Positions 35,565 to 47,797 of a DNA stretch of 64,000 bases are shown piece by piece. The position numbers and the translations under genes are program-made. Positions within the stretch are counted from its first letter, which is position 1; each line of letters begins with the position of its first letter. Source of the DNA: Azolla caroliniana (lineage: Eukaryota; Plantae; Polypodiophyta); contig JBHGNT010000010.1 in assembly GCA_043228905.1 (NCBI GenBank), positions 9,362,001 through 9,426,000 on the forward strand, read 5' to 3'. The notes beneath the pieces are model-generated. The model saw nothing but the letters and a program-made list of their open reading frames with translations. It made no database searches and had not been told where the DNA came from.

Positions 35565-38500
35565 ATGGACGAATCGTTTGGCAGCATGTTCAAGCTCACC
35601 GGCTCCAACTATTCAGTGTGGAAGTCGAAGATGAGGGACATGCTCGTGGTTAAAGATCTCTGGCTGCCGGTTCAGTTCGGGGACAAGAGACCGGACAAAA
35701 TCGACGCCGCGATATGGGAGGTGATGCACATGAAGACAACGGCGTACATACGGTGCTTCATCGACATGAGCCTGTACAACAACTTCAATGAAGAGAGCAA
35801 GGCTCATGAGCTCTGGGAGAAGATCGGCATGATGTTCCAGAACAAAAATGTTGTCAATCAGGCGTCGGTATTCCGGAAGCTTGTAAGACTCCGTTACCAA
35901 GATGGCTCCAGCATGGCGGAGCATATGAATGCCTTCCAGGGGCTGATTCACCAGGCAACGTCATTGGAAGTACCTCTTGCCGATGAGGTCCTAGCGCTAC
36001 TCCTGCTCGGTTCCCTCCCGGATAGCTGGGAGACGTTACTTGTTACTTTGGGCAACGCCGGGCCGGAAGGAAAACGGCTATCCCTAGCAAGAGTAAAGTC
36101 GAGCTTGCTAGATGAGGAGGCTCGTCGGAAAGACAAAGATACGAGCTCCGACTCCAAAGCGCTCCTTACCGAATCGGAACGCGGAAGACATAGAAACCGT
36201 AGTCCCCAGAACCGGGAGAAGTCGGGGACACGATCAAAGTCAAGGGGGAGGCCTACTTGCTTCTATTGCGGCAAGCCGGGACACTTCCAAAAGAACTGTC
36301 GGCATTTCCGTAAAGACAAGGAAACCGACGGTACCGATTCGAAGCAAACCCCGAACCGGAACGGTACAGACCGGAATGGTAAAGACCGGAGGGGGCCGGA
36401 CCGGAAGGGAACGACGGCAATCGCGGCAAGTGAAGAGGAGTTGATGCTCATCACCGAGGAGAGTGAGATAAACCATGCCGGCGATGAGATGACCTGGGTG
36501 GTAGATTCCGGAGCGTCGTTCCACCTTACCCCGGACCGGAAATGCTTCTCATCCTACTCAGTCGGTGATCACGGCTATGTCCGGATGGGGAATGAAGGAA
36601 CATGCCGAATTGTCGGCATAGGAGACGTGTGGCTGACAACCCCAACCGGATGCAAGTTGCTGTTGAAAGATGTCCGACACGTTCCGGAAGTTCGTCTGAA
36701 CCTAATATCAGCCGGTCGGCTAGATGATGAAGGCTACACGGGTAGCATCTGAAACGGTGTCATGAAGTTCAGCAAAGGGAGCCTGATTGTGGCTCGGGCC
36801 CGGAAGGTAAACACACTGTACCTGATGAATGCCCGGTTATGTCCGGAAGAACTGAACGTGGCTTCCGACACTGCCGGTGAGCTGTGGCACAAGAGGCTAT
36901 GTCACATGAGTGAGAAGGGGATGAAGAGGCTTGGAGACGACAACCTCATTCCAGTGAAGAACGTGCACTCAGAGAAGTGCACTGATTGTCTGGCCGGTAA
37001 ACAGAACCGGACCTCCTTCCGACCAAGGCCACCGATGAGACGTAATGCACCACTGGAGTTGGTGCATACGGATGTTTGTCAAGTAGACACGAAGTCACAT
37101 GCCGGAGCGCAGTACTTCGTGACGTTCATAAATGACCACAGCCGGAAGCTGTGGGCCACACCGCTGAAGACGAAGGATCAGGTGTTATCCGTCTTCAAAG
37201 AGCTCCACGCGAGAGTGGAAAGAGAAACCGGCCGGAAGCTGAAGGCGGTTCGAGCAGATAACGGAGGTGAGTACCGGGGGCAGTTCGAGGAGTACTACCG
37301 CTCGAAGGGAATCCGACTCGAATTTACCATGCCGAAGACGCCGGAGCTAAACAGACTGGCCGAGAGGATGAAGCGGACCATAATGGAGAGGGTCCGGAGT
37401 ATGCTAGCGCATGCAAAACTACCCAAGAAGTTTTGGGTTGAGGCACTGTCGACGGCGACATATGTGATAAACAGATCACCCTCAGTACCCCTCGACGGAG
37501 ACACGCCACAGAGAGTATGGACCGGTAAGGAAGTGTCCTACCGGCATCTGAGGGTGTTCGGGTGTCTCGCGTACGTGCATGTAGCAAAGGACCGGAGAGG
37601 AAAGCTAGATCCAAAGACCCGGCCATGCATATTCCTCGGTTACGGTGACGATGAGTTCGGCTACCGAGTGTGGGACCCGGTCGACAAGAAGGTATTCCGG
37701 AGTCGAGATATTATCTTCATGGAGGACAAGACGCTTGCCGACTGGGAGTCGGAGAAGAAGATAGTGAACTCCGAGTCGACCGGTAAGGATAGACCCTACA
37801 ATGAGCAGACCCAACCGGCAGGAGACCGGTTAGCACTCAAGGAACCAGCCGGTTACGGTGAGGATACCGAACCGGCAGAAGAAGAAGTAGAGGAAGCTGA
37901 GACCGGAAGCGGTCAAGATCCCGAATCGGATTCGGATGAAGAGCAAATGGAGGAACCAATTACCGAAGCCCGAAGACGGAGATATCCTCTCAGAGAGAGA
38001 AGGGCGCCCCGGAGATTTCCGGATGCAGAGCATGTCCTGCTAACCGATGAGGGGGAGCCGGAAAGCTTCGAAGAAGCGAAGGAAGACACCCATAGCCGAA
38101 AATGGTTAAGTGCCATGCAGGATGAGATGGATTCCCTGCATGAGAACCATACGTACGAATTGGTGGAGCTGCCGAAAGAAAAGCGGGCACTCCGAAACAA
38201 GTGGGTGTTCAAGTTGAAACCGGGAGATGCCGGCAACCCCCCGAGATACAAAGCCAGGATCGTGGTGAAGGGGTTCCAGCAGAAGAAGGGCGTGGACTTC
38301 GACGAAATATTCGCCCCGGTAGTAAAAATGACCTCCATCCGGACGGTGCTGAGTATAGCAGCAAGCATGGATCTCGAGGTAGAGCAGTTGGACGTGAAGA
38401 CGGCATTCCTCCACGGCGACCTCGAAGAGGAAATCTACATGCAGCAACCGGAAGGATTTGTGGAGAAAGGGAAGGAGCACCTGGTATGCCGGTTGAAGAA

Positions 38501-39626
38501 GAGCCTGTACGGACTGAAGCAGGCTCCCCGGCAATGGTATCGGAAGTTCGACTCCTTCATGACCGATCAAGGGTACCACAAGACGCAGGCCGATCACTGC
38601 GTGTTTGTGAAGAAGTTCGAAGGAGGGGACTTCCTGATACTCCTCCTGTACGTGGATGACATGTTGATCGTCGGACGAGACCAAGGAAAAATACGGATGC
38701 TGAAGAAGGCTCTCAACCGGACCTTCTCAATGAAGGACTTGGGTCCGGCAAGACAGATGTTGGGGATGCACATCATTCGGGACCGGTCAGTGAAGCAACT
38801 ATGGCTGTCACAGGAGAAGTATGTGACAAAGGTGCTTCACCGGTTCAACATGTCAGATGCAAAACCGGTCGGATCGACACTTCCGGCAAACTGCAAGTTG
38901 TCCGGCAAGCAAAGCCCGAAGACAAAAGGAGAGAAGGCAGATATGATGAAGATTCCATATGCCTCTGCCGTCGGGAGCTTGATGTACGCAATGGTTTGTA
39001 CCCGACCGGACATTGGATACGCAGAAGGAGTGGTGAGCCGGTTCATGAGTAATCCCGGCAAGGAGCATTGGAACGCGGTCAAGTGGATACTCCGGTATTT
39101 GAAGGGCACTTCAAATATGTGTCTCCGATTCGGCACCGGAAAACCTCAACTGGACGGTTTCACCGATTCGGACATGTCGGCTGATGTGGATACCAGCCGG
39201 TCTACATCCGGGTATGTGATGACATATGCAGGGGGAGCTGTCTCGTGGCAGTCGAGGCTGCAGAAGACGGTTGCATTGTCAACCACAGAGGCGGAGTACA
39301 TGGCGGCTGTGGAAGCCGGCAAGGAAATATTATGGATGAAGGACTTCATCGGGGAGCTCGGTACCCGGCAAGAGGAATACCGACTCTACTGCGACAGTCA
39401 AAGTGCCATCCACCTTGCTAAGAATGCGGCCTACCATTCCCAGACAAAGCATATCCAGCGGAGGTATCACTGGATCCGGGAAAGGGTAGATGACCAGGAG
39501 TTCGCATTGGCGAAGATCCACACGGCCGAGAACGGGTCAGATATGCTGACCAAAGTGCTGACACCCGACAAGCTGGACGCATGCCGGAAGAGGATCGGGC
39601 TGGAAAGAGACCCCATGCCGGAGTGA
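35565..39626 (+). pseudogene. L gag-pol with a single in-frame TGA at 36750-36752
   Basis: ORFs 35364-36752 and 36762-39626 share a frame; CFYCGKPGHFQKNC, WVVDSGAS, LLYVDDML. Confidence 0.93.
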
Positions 39627-39636
39627 AGGGGGAGTT

Positions 39637-40368
39637 TGTTGGTAGACAGGTCCCTCCGGATGGGAAGGGAGAAGAACAGTGCCGACGAACAAACTTGGCC
39701 GAGGCCGACAGGCCTCGGCCGAAACGGTATGAACCGAATGGGGAGAACCCGACTTCGGAGAGTCGGATGGTGTAGGCCCGGTATGAACCGGGTGAGGAGT
39801 ACCCGACTGTGGAGAGTCGGATGGTGTAGGCCCGGTATGAACCGGATGAGGAGTACCCGACTGCGGAGAGTCGGATGGTGTAGTCCCGGTATGAACCGGA
39901 TGAGGAGTACCCGACTACGGAGAGCCGGATAGAGCCCATCGAGGCTACATTTGTAAATAGCCGAAAAGTCATATTAGTATAAATATGACTTAGGGCAAAC
40001 TTTTAGTTTGTGTGTGGTGTTGTGATTCTTTGTTGTTGGAGCAAGAAGAAATCAGAGCACGTAACTGTACAGAGAGAGAGAGAGAGAGAGACGAGGTCGT
40101 TGCCTCTGTTGTAACCGCCGCCTGTGGCGAAGATCCGAGAGCACGAGGTCGTTGCCTCAGTGATCTCACTGTTGTAAATTCCTACATAGTGACAGTTTGC
40201 AGCTTGTGGGCTGCCGTGGTTTTTCCCCTATTTTGGGGTTTTCCACGTATACCTCCTGTGTACCATTTCTCCTCTTTTGTGTTGCGTTTCGTTACCTGTT
40301 TTTCTATGCATGTAAAGAATCTCGATTGTGGCCGAGCGTCGGACATAAGGAACGTCAAGTTCTCAACA
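39637..40368 (+). repeat. L 3' LTR
   Basis: Repeat of the 5' LTR, 7 differences seen. Confidence 0.96.
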
Positions 40369-40373
40369 ACTTC

Positions 40374-41159
40374 GACTATGATTACGCTCATTGGGGAATG
40401 GAAGTCGGTGTTGTTTTCGCATCTGACAAGCTTCGCAGACTTGGCCATTTCGGCCACGAAATTTCGGCAACCCGAAAACAATGTTCTTCTTCTACATTTC
40501 ACGAAGCCGTGGGAAATTTACGTGGCCGAACCACTTGTGCCACAGGTCAATATCCGACTTGACCTTCTGTCCTTTCACGAACATAGCGGTACCCACATTA
40601 TTGGTTTCGAGGATAAACATCCTCCCTTCACGGCGCCCTTGCGCGATCACTTTGCCTTCCTCTTCGATGAAGCAGCCGAGATGCGTGAATCGAACTTGCA
40701 TACCTTGGTCTACGATCTGTCCGACTGAGACAAGGTTCTTTGTTATCGTCGGGACGTGCAACACGTTCATTAGCTTCCCTTTCTGCCCAACGTGGCTGAG
40801 GGGAACTTCGCCGACATGTTCGATGGTATGCAGGGTGTCATCTCCTGTTTCGACAACCCCTCGTGATTCCGGCTTCTCCAAGTACAAGAACCATTCCTCA
40901 TGGCTCGTCATATGCTTTGACGCTCCGGAATCCACATACCACACCTCGCTCAATTTCGAGGTGGTCACAGCAATTGAATTGGCTTTATGCTTCATTACGA
41001 AGGCAGGGTTGGCTCCATTTCCGGCTCGTTCAAAGCCTTCTAAGTAGTGCAATCTCTAACGCCTCTCTGCATCTCTTTAGCTCGATCCGGCTTTGTCCAA
41101 ATCGGCTTGCTTTTTCTAACACTCACTCTCCCTGTGGCCTTTCTTGCCACAGTACTAGC
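40374..41159 (-). pseudogene. K zinc knuckle, protease and GAG-pre-integrase remnant
   Basis: YCGKKGHRESEC, WYVDSGAS, LWHKWFGH. Confidence 0.9.
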
Positions 41160-41307
41160 ATTCCTTACGAGGAATACCATACTAACGGCCTTCCGGTTTA
41201 CACACCGATACGGCCACGTTATGCGTACTATTTTACGCACCCAGTCCACGCACTGGGTTACGCACCGTATTATGCACTCAATGTTGATCTTGTCACTCAA
41301 CAACTTT

Positions 41308-41836
41308 GGATCCAACCCTTTCATGTCCTCGTGTGACCATGCAAAAACATCCTTATATTCCCAGAGCAGTTCTGTCATTGTCGTCTTCTCACCGGAGGTC
41401 AGGTCCCTAGCAATTGAGAGTAGTCATGCCACCGCCGTAATTCCAATGTTGACTTCTTCTAATGCAGAAGTGGTGACTTGACGCGAGATTTCCATTTCTT
41501 TTTTGAACGCTTCTCGTGCCCTACTTAACTCTATTATCGACTCAGGACTAGGCTCGTACTCCTCTTCTTGAAGCATACTAGTTGGGACGTACTCCGCAAC
41601 GGTTTCCATTACGTCAATTTCGAATAATGGAACGATCTGCGGGTTTTCAATGAGGTATGCTTCAAGCTCAATATCATCCAATCCTTCCAGCATATTAATA
41701 TCTTCAATGTATAATGGTGTTGTGCCCTTGGTTGGGACCGCCATTTCTTGCGTAGGTACACGGACTTTGTTGCGGCCTCATCGGAAGCTAATGCAGTTAT
41801 GCTGCCAATTTTGCTTGATGTTGGTAGAGCGTAACC
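41308..41836 (-). pseudogene. C protease-RT linker remnant (5'-most surviving part of C)
   Basis: EYKDVFAWSHEDMKGLDPK continues into 29505. Confidence 0.85.
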
Positions 41837-41921
41837 TATTAGGATTTCAGTCCCTCTAGATGGGATATGAGTACCCGGTAAGGAAGACCCGGTGAGAACC
41901 TCTCACCGGATGAAGGGACAT

Positions 41922-42314
41922 TGTAAAGAATCAGATACGATTCTTGTGAAGCGGAAGAGATGTGAGTTATGTGTGTGTATAAGAGAGAGAGGGAGTGAGT
42001 GAGAGAGACAAGGAGTAAGACACAGAGAATACGCAAGGTAAAAGTATATTAACAAAGGAGAAAGACTTGACACAATACAAGGTGGGAGGAGGGTGCTTTA
42101 TATAGTCCCCCTCTCTCTTCATTAACTACAAGACTCATGGAGCATGGGGAATATGAAAGCTCATAAGTTATGTGTCATAGAATATGATTCTATGACTCAT
42201 ACTAAATGCTAGAATACAAAGAGGTGACATAATGGTGACTCTTGACCGTTTGAGTGTCTATTCACTCTCAAGGTGAGTTCACACACTAGACCAAGTTGAG
42301 CTTGATTCTCAACA
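41922..42314 (-). repeat. H 3' LTR
   Basis: Repeat of 54523-54913. Confidence 0.95.
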
Positions 42315-42579
42315 CACCCCCCTCAAGCTCAAGTCGGGTCGGTTTCAGATGGTATCCGAAATCCGCCTCGACTCGCGTTCTGGAGTCCGCGTCGACTCAC
42401 ATTTATGCGGAGTTGCAGAATCCGTGATCCGGCTTGCGTTGTGCGTAGTTGCGAAGTCTGTGCTTCAGCTTGCGTCTTTCTTTGCGGCTTTGCGTGGTAG
42501 TTTGGCTCTTTGCGGCTTCGTTGCACTGTTGTGGAATCCATGCTTCGCAGCTTCATTGCATGGTTGCGGAATCCTCGCG

Positions 42580-44091
42580 TTATTGCGTAGTGTCTTCAGT
42601 ACTCCTCCTCAAGCTTGGCAAGTCAAGGATCGTCAATCCGAGATCGATCATGAATTGCCACAGCTTGTCGGCTCCTAAGGCTTTAGTGAAGATGTCGTCC
42701 GTTTGAAGATTGGTGCTAATGTGTTGTAGGTCGACATCGCCAGCTAGAACGCGCTCTCGGATGAAGTGATACTGCACTTCGATGTGCTTTGTCCGTGCGT
42801 GGAACACCAGGTTCCGAGCCAGATAGATACTGCTCATGTTGTCGCAGTAAAGGGAAGTCGGATCCTTGATGGGTACGCCCAGATCCTTGAGTATCCTTTT
42901 GAGCCATACGGCTTCACATGCGGCCATTGTCGCCTGTCGCACCCCTATATTCTACCTCTGTGCTCGAAAGAGTGACGGTTGGTTGCTTTTTGCTGCTCCA
43001 TGATATTGCTCCGCTGCCAAGGGAGAAAGCAAATCCAGAGGTTGATCTTCTATCGGCTTTGTAGCCGGCCCAATCGGCGTCTGTGTACCCCTCGAGTCGT
43101 ATGGGCATCACGGTCTTGTAGAGGATGCCGCAATCCATTGTGCCGCTCACGTATCGTAGAACTCGCTTAGCGCAATCCAAGTGAGTATCACACGGTGTTT
43201 GCATGAATTGACTAAGGAGACCGACTGGATAACAGAGATCGGGTCGAGTGATCGTGAGGTAGATGAGACTCCCGATGAGTTGTCGATACTGAGTTGGCTC
43301 ACACGCTTTGGTGCTAGAGTTCGCATCCAGTTTGAGATTGCACTCAGCCATCCCGAACTTGTATAACAAGTTGAGGATGTAGTGTCGTTGAGAGATCATG
43401 ATTCCGGCTGGAGTCTGAATTACCTCGATGCTGAGGAAGTAGTGGAGATCCTTCATGTCCGTCATCTCGAACTTGTCGGAAAGGAGGGATTTGACCTTAT
43501 TGAGTTCGACGAGATGCTCACCTCCAATGACAAGGTCATCCACATATAAGATGATGACGATCGGAATCGCGGAATCGCTTCGTATGTAGAGGGAGTTGTC
43601 CGATTTTGATATACGGAAGCCGATTTGATCAAGATATTGCATGATCTTCGAATGTCAAGCACGCGGTGCTTGCTTGAGGCCGTGGAGTGGCTTCTTGAGT
43701 AGGCATACAGCTTTCGGATGGGTGCTCAAGTTGAATTCGGGTGGTTGTATCATGTACACCTCCTCTTCCAATTCGCCTTGTAGAAAGGTGTTCTTGACGT
43801 CCATTTGATGGAGGTACCACCCTTTCGTCGCGGCAAGCGCAATTACGGTCCGTACCGTCGTCATCTTTGCCACCGGAGAAAAGGTCTCTTCGTAGTCAAC
43901 TCCATGTGTTTGGGCGTAGCCTTTCGCTACAAGTCGCGCTTTGTAGCAGTTGACGGAATCGTCGGTGTTGTACTTCACTTTGTAAATCCATCTACATCCG
44001 ATCGCCTTTTTGTGCGGTGAGGTGGGAATGAGATCCCACGTCTCGTTCTTGCATAGTGCCTGCATCTCCTCGTTCATGGCTTTGATCCATC
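42580..44091 (-). pseudogene. H RT-RNase H remnant
   Basis: [26 protein letters not shown]. Confidence 0.92.
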
Positions 44092-44416
44092 GCGGTGTCG
44101 GGGTAGTTGTGGTTCGTGCGGCGAAGTCGCAGGGACTAAGGTTAAGGGGAAGTTGAAGGAACTTTTATAAGGCTTGCGCACAAATGTTAGGAAGATTAAG
44201 GATAAAAAGAATAAGAGTTTAAAGTAATGTGTGTGAGAGAGAGACAAGTATAGATAAAGGATAGAGACAATGTATGATTCAAGAAGCAAGATAGAGACAA
44301 AGTATGATTTAAGGAATTAAAGTATATGATATGAACATGATGTATATTACGAATACAAGATTTTACCAACTTTACAATGCTTGATAGCAAGATGAACCCT
44401 TTCTCTACCAACTCTT

Positions 44417-44470
44417 GATTCGAACCCTTGACTCCAACTTGGAAACACGAGCCTCTTCACCAACAAGCTA
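44417..44470 (-). promoter_or_regulatory. Sense tRNA-like A/B-box module in the F LTR (also 47326-47379)
   Basis: TAGCTTGTTGGT...TTTCCAA...GGTTCGAATC, boxes 44 nt apart. Confidence 0.65.
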
Positions 44471-44776
44471 ACTTATTATTTATTTCTTTGATTATCTTAT
44501 TTCTCTAACTTTCTCTTCATTGATTGATTACCCTGTTTTTTCTTTTCCCCCATCCCTTAATTCCTTACCTCTCTTTATAGGTTCTCTCATGCATATGATG
44601 ATATGGGGGTGCATGGCATGCATGTAATGCATGTAATGCATGTGATGCATGTGATGCATGGTTGCCATTTGGCGCACATGTTTTACATGTGATGCATGAT
44701 AGCCATCATGCTCATCTAAGCTCTAATGTATGAAGATACACATGTCATGATAAAAGCATAACTATAGAAAATAACT

Positions 44777-44832
44777 TATCCTAATGGTATATGCTTCGTC
44801 CTTGGTGTGTGAGATTATGGGTTCAAGTCTCT
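44777..44832 (+). promoter_or_regulatory. Antisense tRNA-like A/B-box module in F U3 (also 47686-47741)
   Basis: TATCCTAATGGT...GGTTCAAGTCT, boxes 43 nt apart. Confidence 0.55.
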
Positions 44833-44922
44833 CAAATGTTACTTAAAGTTTATTTTTATATCGTGAAGCAAATCCTTCACGACACCCACCCCCTCTGAAC
44901 TTGCACACTGGTTGTGCAAAGT

Positions 44923-46965
44923 TCATCCAAAGTCTTGGAAAAACTCTTCATTCTGTTTCGGAACTGGATGTCCCCTCAAGCATTCTTTGTTTCTTTCATG
45001 GTTAGGCGTCATGGTTACGATATGGCCCCTCTTCCTTCCATCCCGACTCTTGATCCTCACGAAAGTTGAATCATCATTAATCACAATTGTTTCCATCCTT
45101 ACTACGTTGATGTATGGTTCACCATCCTTTGTTTCCATACTCACTACGTTGATGGATGGTTGACCAAGGATGACAGGGTAGGTTGATCCATGTTGCACAT
45201 AGTAATTTTCCTGCACCGACACATCTCCCATTGTTGCTTTCACATTAGGACATGCTCCGAATAGATCCTCCATCATCTCTGTTGCAACTCTTTTCTTCGA
45301 CCCATGATTCTTATCGATTGGCCACCTTCCTTTAACATAACATTCCAAAGACATCATGTTAATTTTTTATCCATAATCTATCAAAAAAATATAAGGAATT
45401 TGTTGCTCCGCAATTTGTGTAGGTGCCTCTGTTGTTGCTTGAGCCCAATGGTTCTTTGTATAATGACTCCTATCCCCTTCATGAACTGCAATATTATTTA
45501 TCTTCTTTACACTTGCAACATTGATGGTGTCACGATCTAGATCTTGGAGTGTTGCTGAACACACTCTCATAACTTCTTCCGTGACATGTTTTAAATCTGT
45601 CACGTCTTCTGTGTCTGAAGCAAGCTGGAAAGATGGGTTTGTCTTCCCTTTTACTTTATCAGCTTCTTTTGACTCAGGAGCATCTTTTTCCATCTCTCTT
45701 CTCTCTTGTTCTTGTGTCTCATGCCTTTTTGCTAGATTAACCTCTTGAGCTCTCTTTTGCTTCTCTTCCACTAGTACATCTTGTGCATTCACTTGGGCGA
45801 ATGTTGCTAGCGCGTCTACTGGATCATTCCATCCAGTGAAGTTTCGTATTTCATCTCCCGCTCTTTTTAATTCATCCGCTCGAACCTTCCCTTTTCTTGC
45901 ATAATACATCACATCTTGCCAAAAGCCAGATCCACCATATGAGTCTTCTACGCGCAATCCTAAGGTTGCCACGGATTGTATCGCTTGAGTCGTTTCTCTC
46001 TCAGCATCTTCCATTAGCTTTTTCATTCCTCCTCGCCCGAAGTTGAGTTGAAGTGGTTGTCGAGTCTCTATCGAGTGAATCTTGCCCTCTTGATAGTAGA
46101 TTTTATTATGATTAAGAGCATCCCTATGCTCTTGACAATCTTTCTTTTGGTGGTCGATACTATCACACCACATACACCTTTGGACCATTCCACTTCCCTG
46201 CCTTGATGAAGTCGAGCTTTGTCCCGATTCTAGCTTCGTCACTTTGATCGACAAGTCTTTCATGCCTTTCACCAATTCGTGTAAGAGTGATTCTTCTACT
46301 TTCTTTTCTCCCGACTCGTTCCCCGTTTCTTCATCATTTTTGTCGGGCAACTCCATAAACCATAGCTTTCTTTTGCAGAAATGGGCGCATGCCCTTTTCA
46401 CCTCCTCCCAATTTTCAATAAGTCCACTTGGACTATTCTGATCTTCTAAAAGCATTCCCAAGTCCCTCCTGTCTTTAATATTAGTAGCTTGTAGAAACAA
46501 TATTACTTTATCTGGCACTATTATATTTCTATCTCTAACATTTAGTTGCTCAAATCTTTCAGAAAACTCTTTTAATACTTCCAAAACACTTAAATGTTTA
46601 TTAGACTCTACCCAATCCATGAAAGCTCGCCTTGTCATCCTTGACATATCGTTGAGGTTGTATTCATTGAGTAATGCCCTTTCGAACGTTGTCCATGTCT
46701 GATTCTCCCTTTGGAGCTCTTGGATCCTCTCTTGTAGCCCAATCGCAGCGACTCGACTAAAGCTATTAATTTTTGCAGCTTCGTTGACACCGCGTTTAAG
46801 CATTTCTTCATTATAAATCTTCAGAAATCTTGTTAAATTTATACCTTCGAAGATTCCTACTCGTGCGAGAATATTGTCGACGGCTTTGTTGATACTTGCC
46901 ATCATCCCTTGTTCCCGCATCACTCATTCCATCATCGTACATATAAGCCTCATTTGCTCCTCCAT
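44923..46965 (-). pseudogene. F Gag-protease ORF with two premature stops (46924-26, 45367-69)
   Basis: Colinear with the G ORF; CMWCDSIDHQKKDC; ends FFQDFG*. Confidence 0.9.
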
Positions 46966-47797
46966 TTCTCCTCGTCGCCGCCTTCACGTCGGGTTCACCA
47001 AATGTGTCGGGGTAGTTGTGGTTCGTGCGGCGAAGTCGCAGGGACTAAGGTTAAGGGGAAGTTGAAGGAACTTTTATAAGGCTTGCGCACAAATGTTAGG
47101 AAGATTAAGGATAAAAAGAATAAGAGTTTAAAGTAATGTGTGTGAGAGAGAGACAAGTATAGATAAAGGATAGAGACAATGTATGATTCAAGAAGCAAGG
47201 TAGAGACAAAGTATGATTTAAGGAATTAAAGTATATGATATGAACATGATGTATATTATGAATACAAGATTTTACCAACTTTACAATGCTTGATAGCAAG
47301 ATGAACCCTTTCTCTACCAACTCTTGATTCGAACCCTTGACTCCAACTTGGAAACACGAGCCTCTTCACCAACAAGCTAACTTATTATTTATTTCTTTGA
47401 TTATCTTATTTCTCTAACTTTCTCTTCATTGATTGATTACCCTGTTTTTTCTTTTCCCCCATCCCTTAATTCCTTACCTCTCTTTATAGGTTCTCTCATG
47501 CATATGATGATATGGGGGTGCATGGCATGCATGTAATGCATGTAATGCATGTGATGCATGTGATGCATGGTTGCCATTTGGCGCACATGTTTTACATGTG
47601 ATGCATGATAGCCATCATGCTCATCTAAGCTCTAATGTATGAAGATACACATGTCATGATAAAAGCATAACTATAGAAAATAACTTATCCTAATGGTATA
47701 TGCTTCGTCCTTGGTGTGTGAGATTATGGGTTCAAGTCTCTCAAATGTTACTTAAAGTTTATTTTTATATCGTGAAGCAAATCCTTCACGACATCGG

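Larger units (their letters stand above)
34804..40368 (+). mobile_element. Element L: near-intact Tnt1/Tork-like Ty1/Copia inserted in K's integrase
   Basis: 732-bp LTRs, TSD ACTTC at 34799-803 and 40369-73, PBS, PPT 39621-39634. Confidence 0.97.
29506..41302 (-). mobile_element. Element K: degenerate Ty1/Copia with most of gag and the PBS deleted; host of J and L
   Basis: TSD ACTTT at 29501-05 and 41303-07; 3' LTR 29506-31521 (split by J); 5' LTR remnant 41160-41302; PPT 31522-31533. Confidence 0.92.
17142..41836 (-). mobile_element. Element C: 5'-truncated Athila-like non-chromovirus Gypsy with an extra 3' ORF; host of D and K
   Basis: pol reads through the D and K insertions once TSDs are removed (EMT|YFLTTG; LDPK|FYQHKI); RT FLDDF; IN KWGLDFVGP. 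Confidence 0.88.
44096..47793 (-). mobile_element. Element F: non-autonomous Gag-protease-only (TR-GAG-like) LTR element of the D lineage
   Basis: 789-bp LTRs 44096-44884 and 47005-47793 (2 differences), tRNA-Trp PBS 46983-47000, imperfect TSD GCGG/TCGG, no RT or IN. Confidence 0.93.

Noticed and set aside
36750-36752. Programmed stop readthrough in L
   Set aside because: It lies late in the protease region rather than at the gag end; best explained as CGA>TGA deamination
40012-41481. Captured host gene (ORFs 40012-40728, 40481-41047, 41047-41481)
   Set aside because: The ORFs run across LTR, K and C junctions, antisense to retroelement domains
44417-44470. Functional tRNA-Gly(TCC) gene
   Set aside because: Acceptor and anticodon stems do not pair properly; kept only as a tRNA-like promoter module
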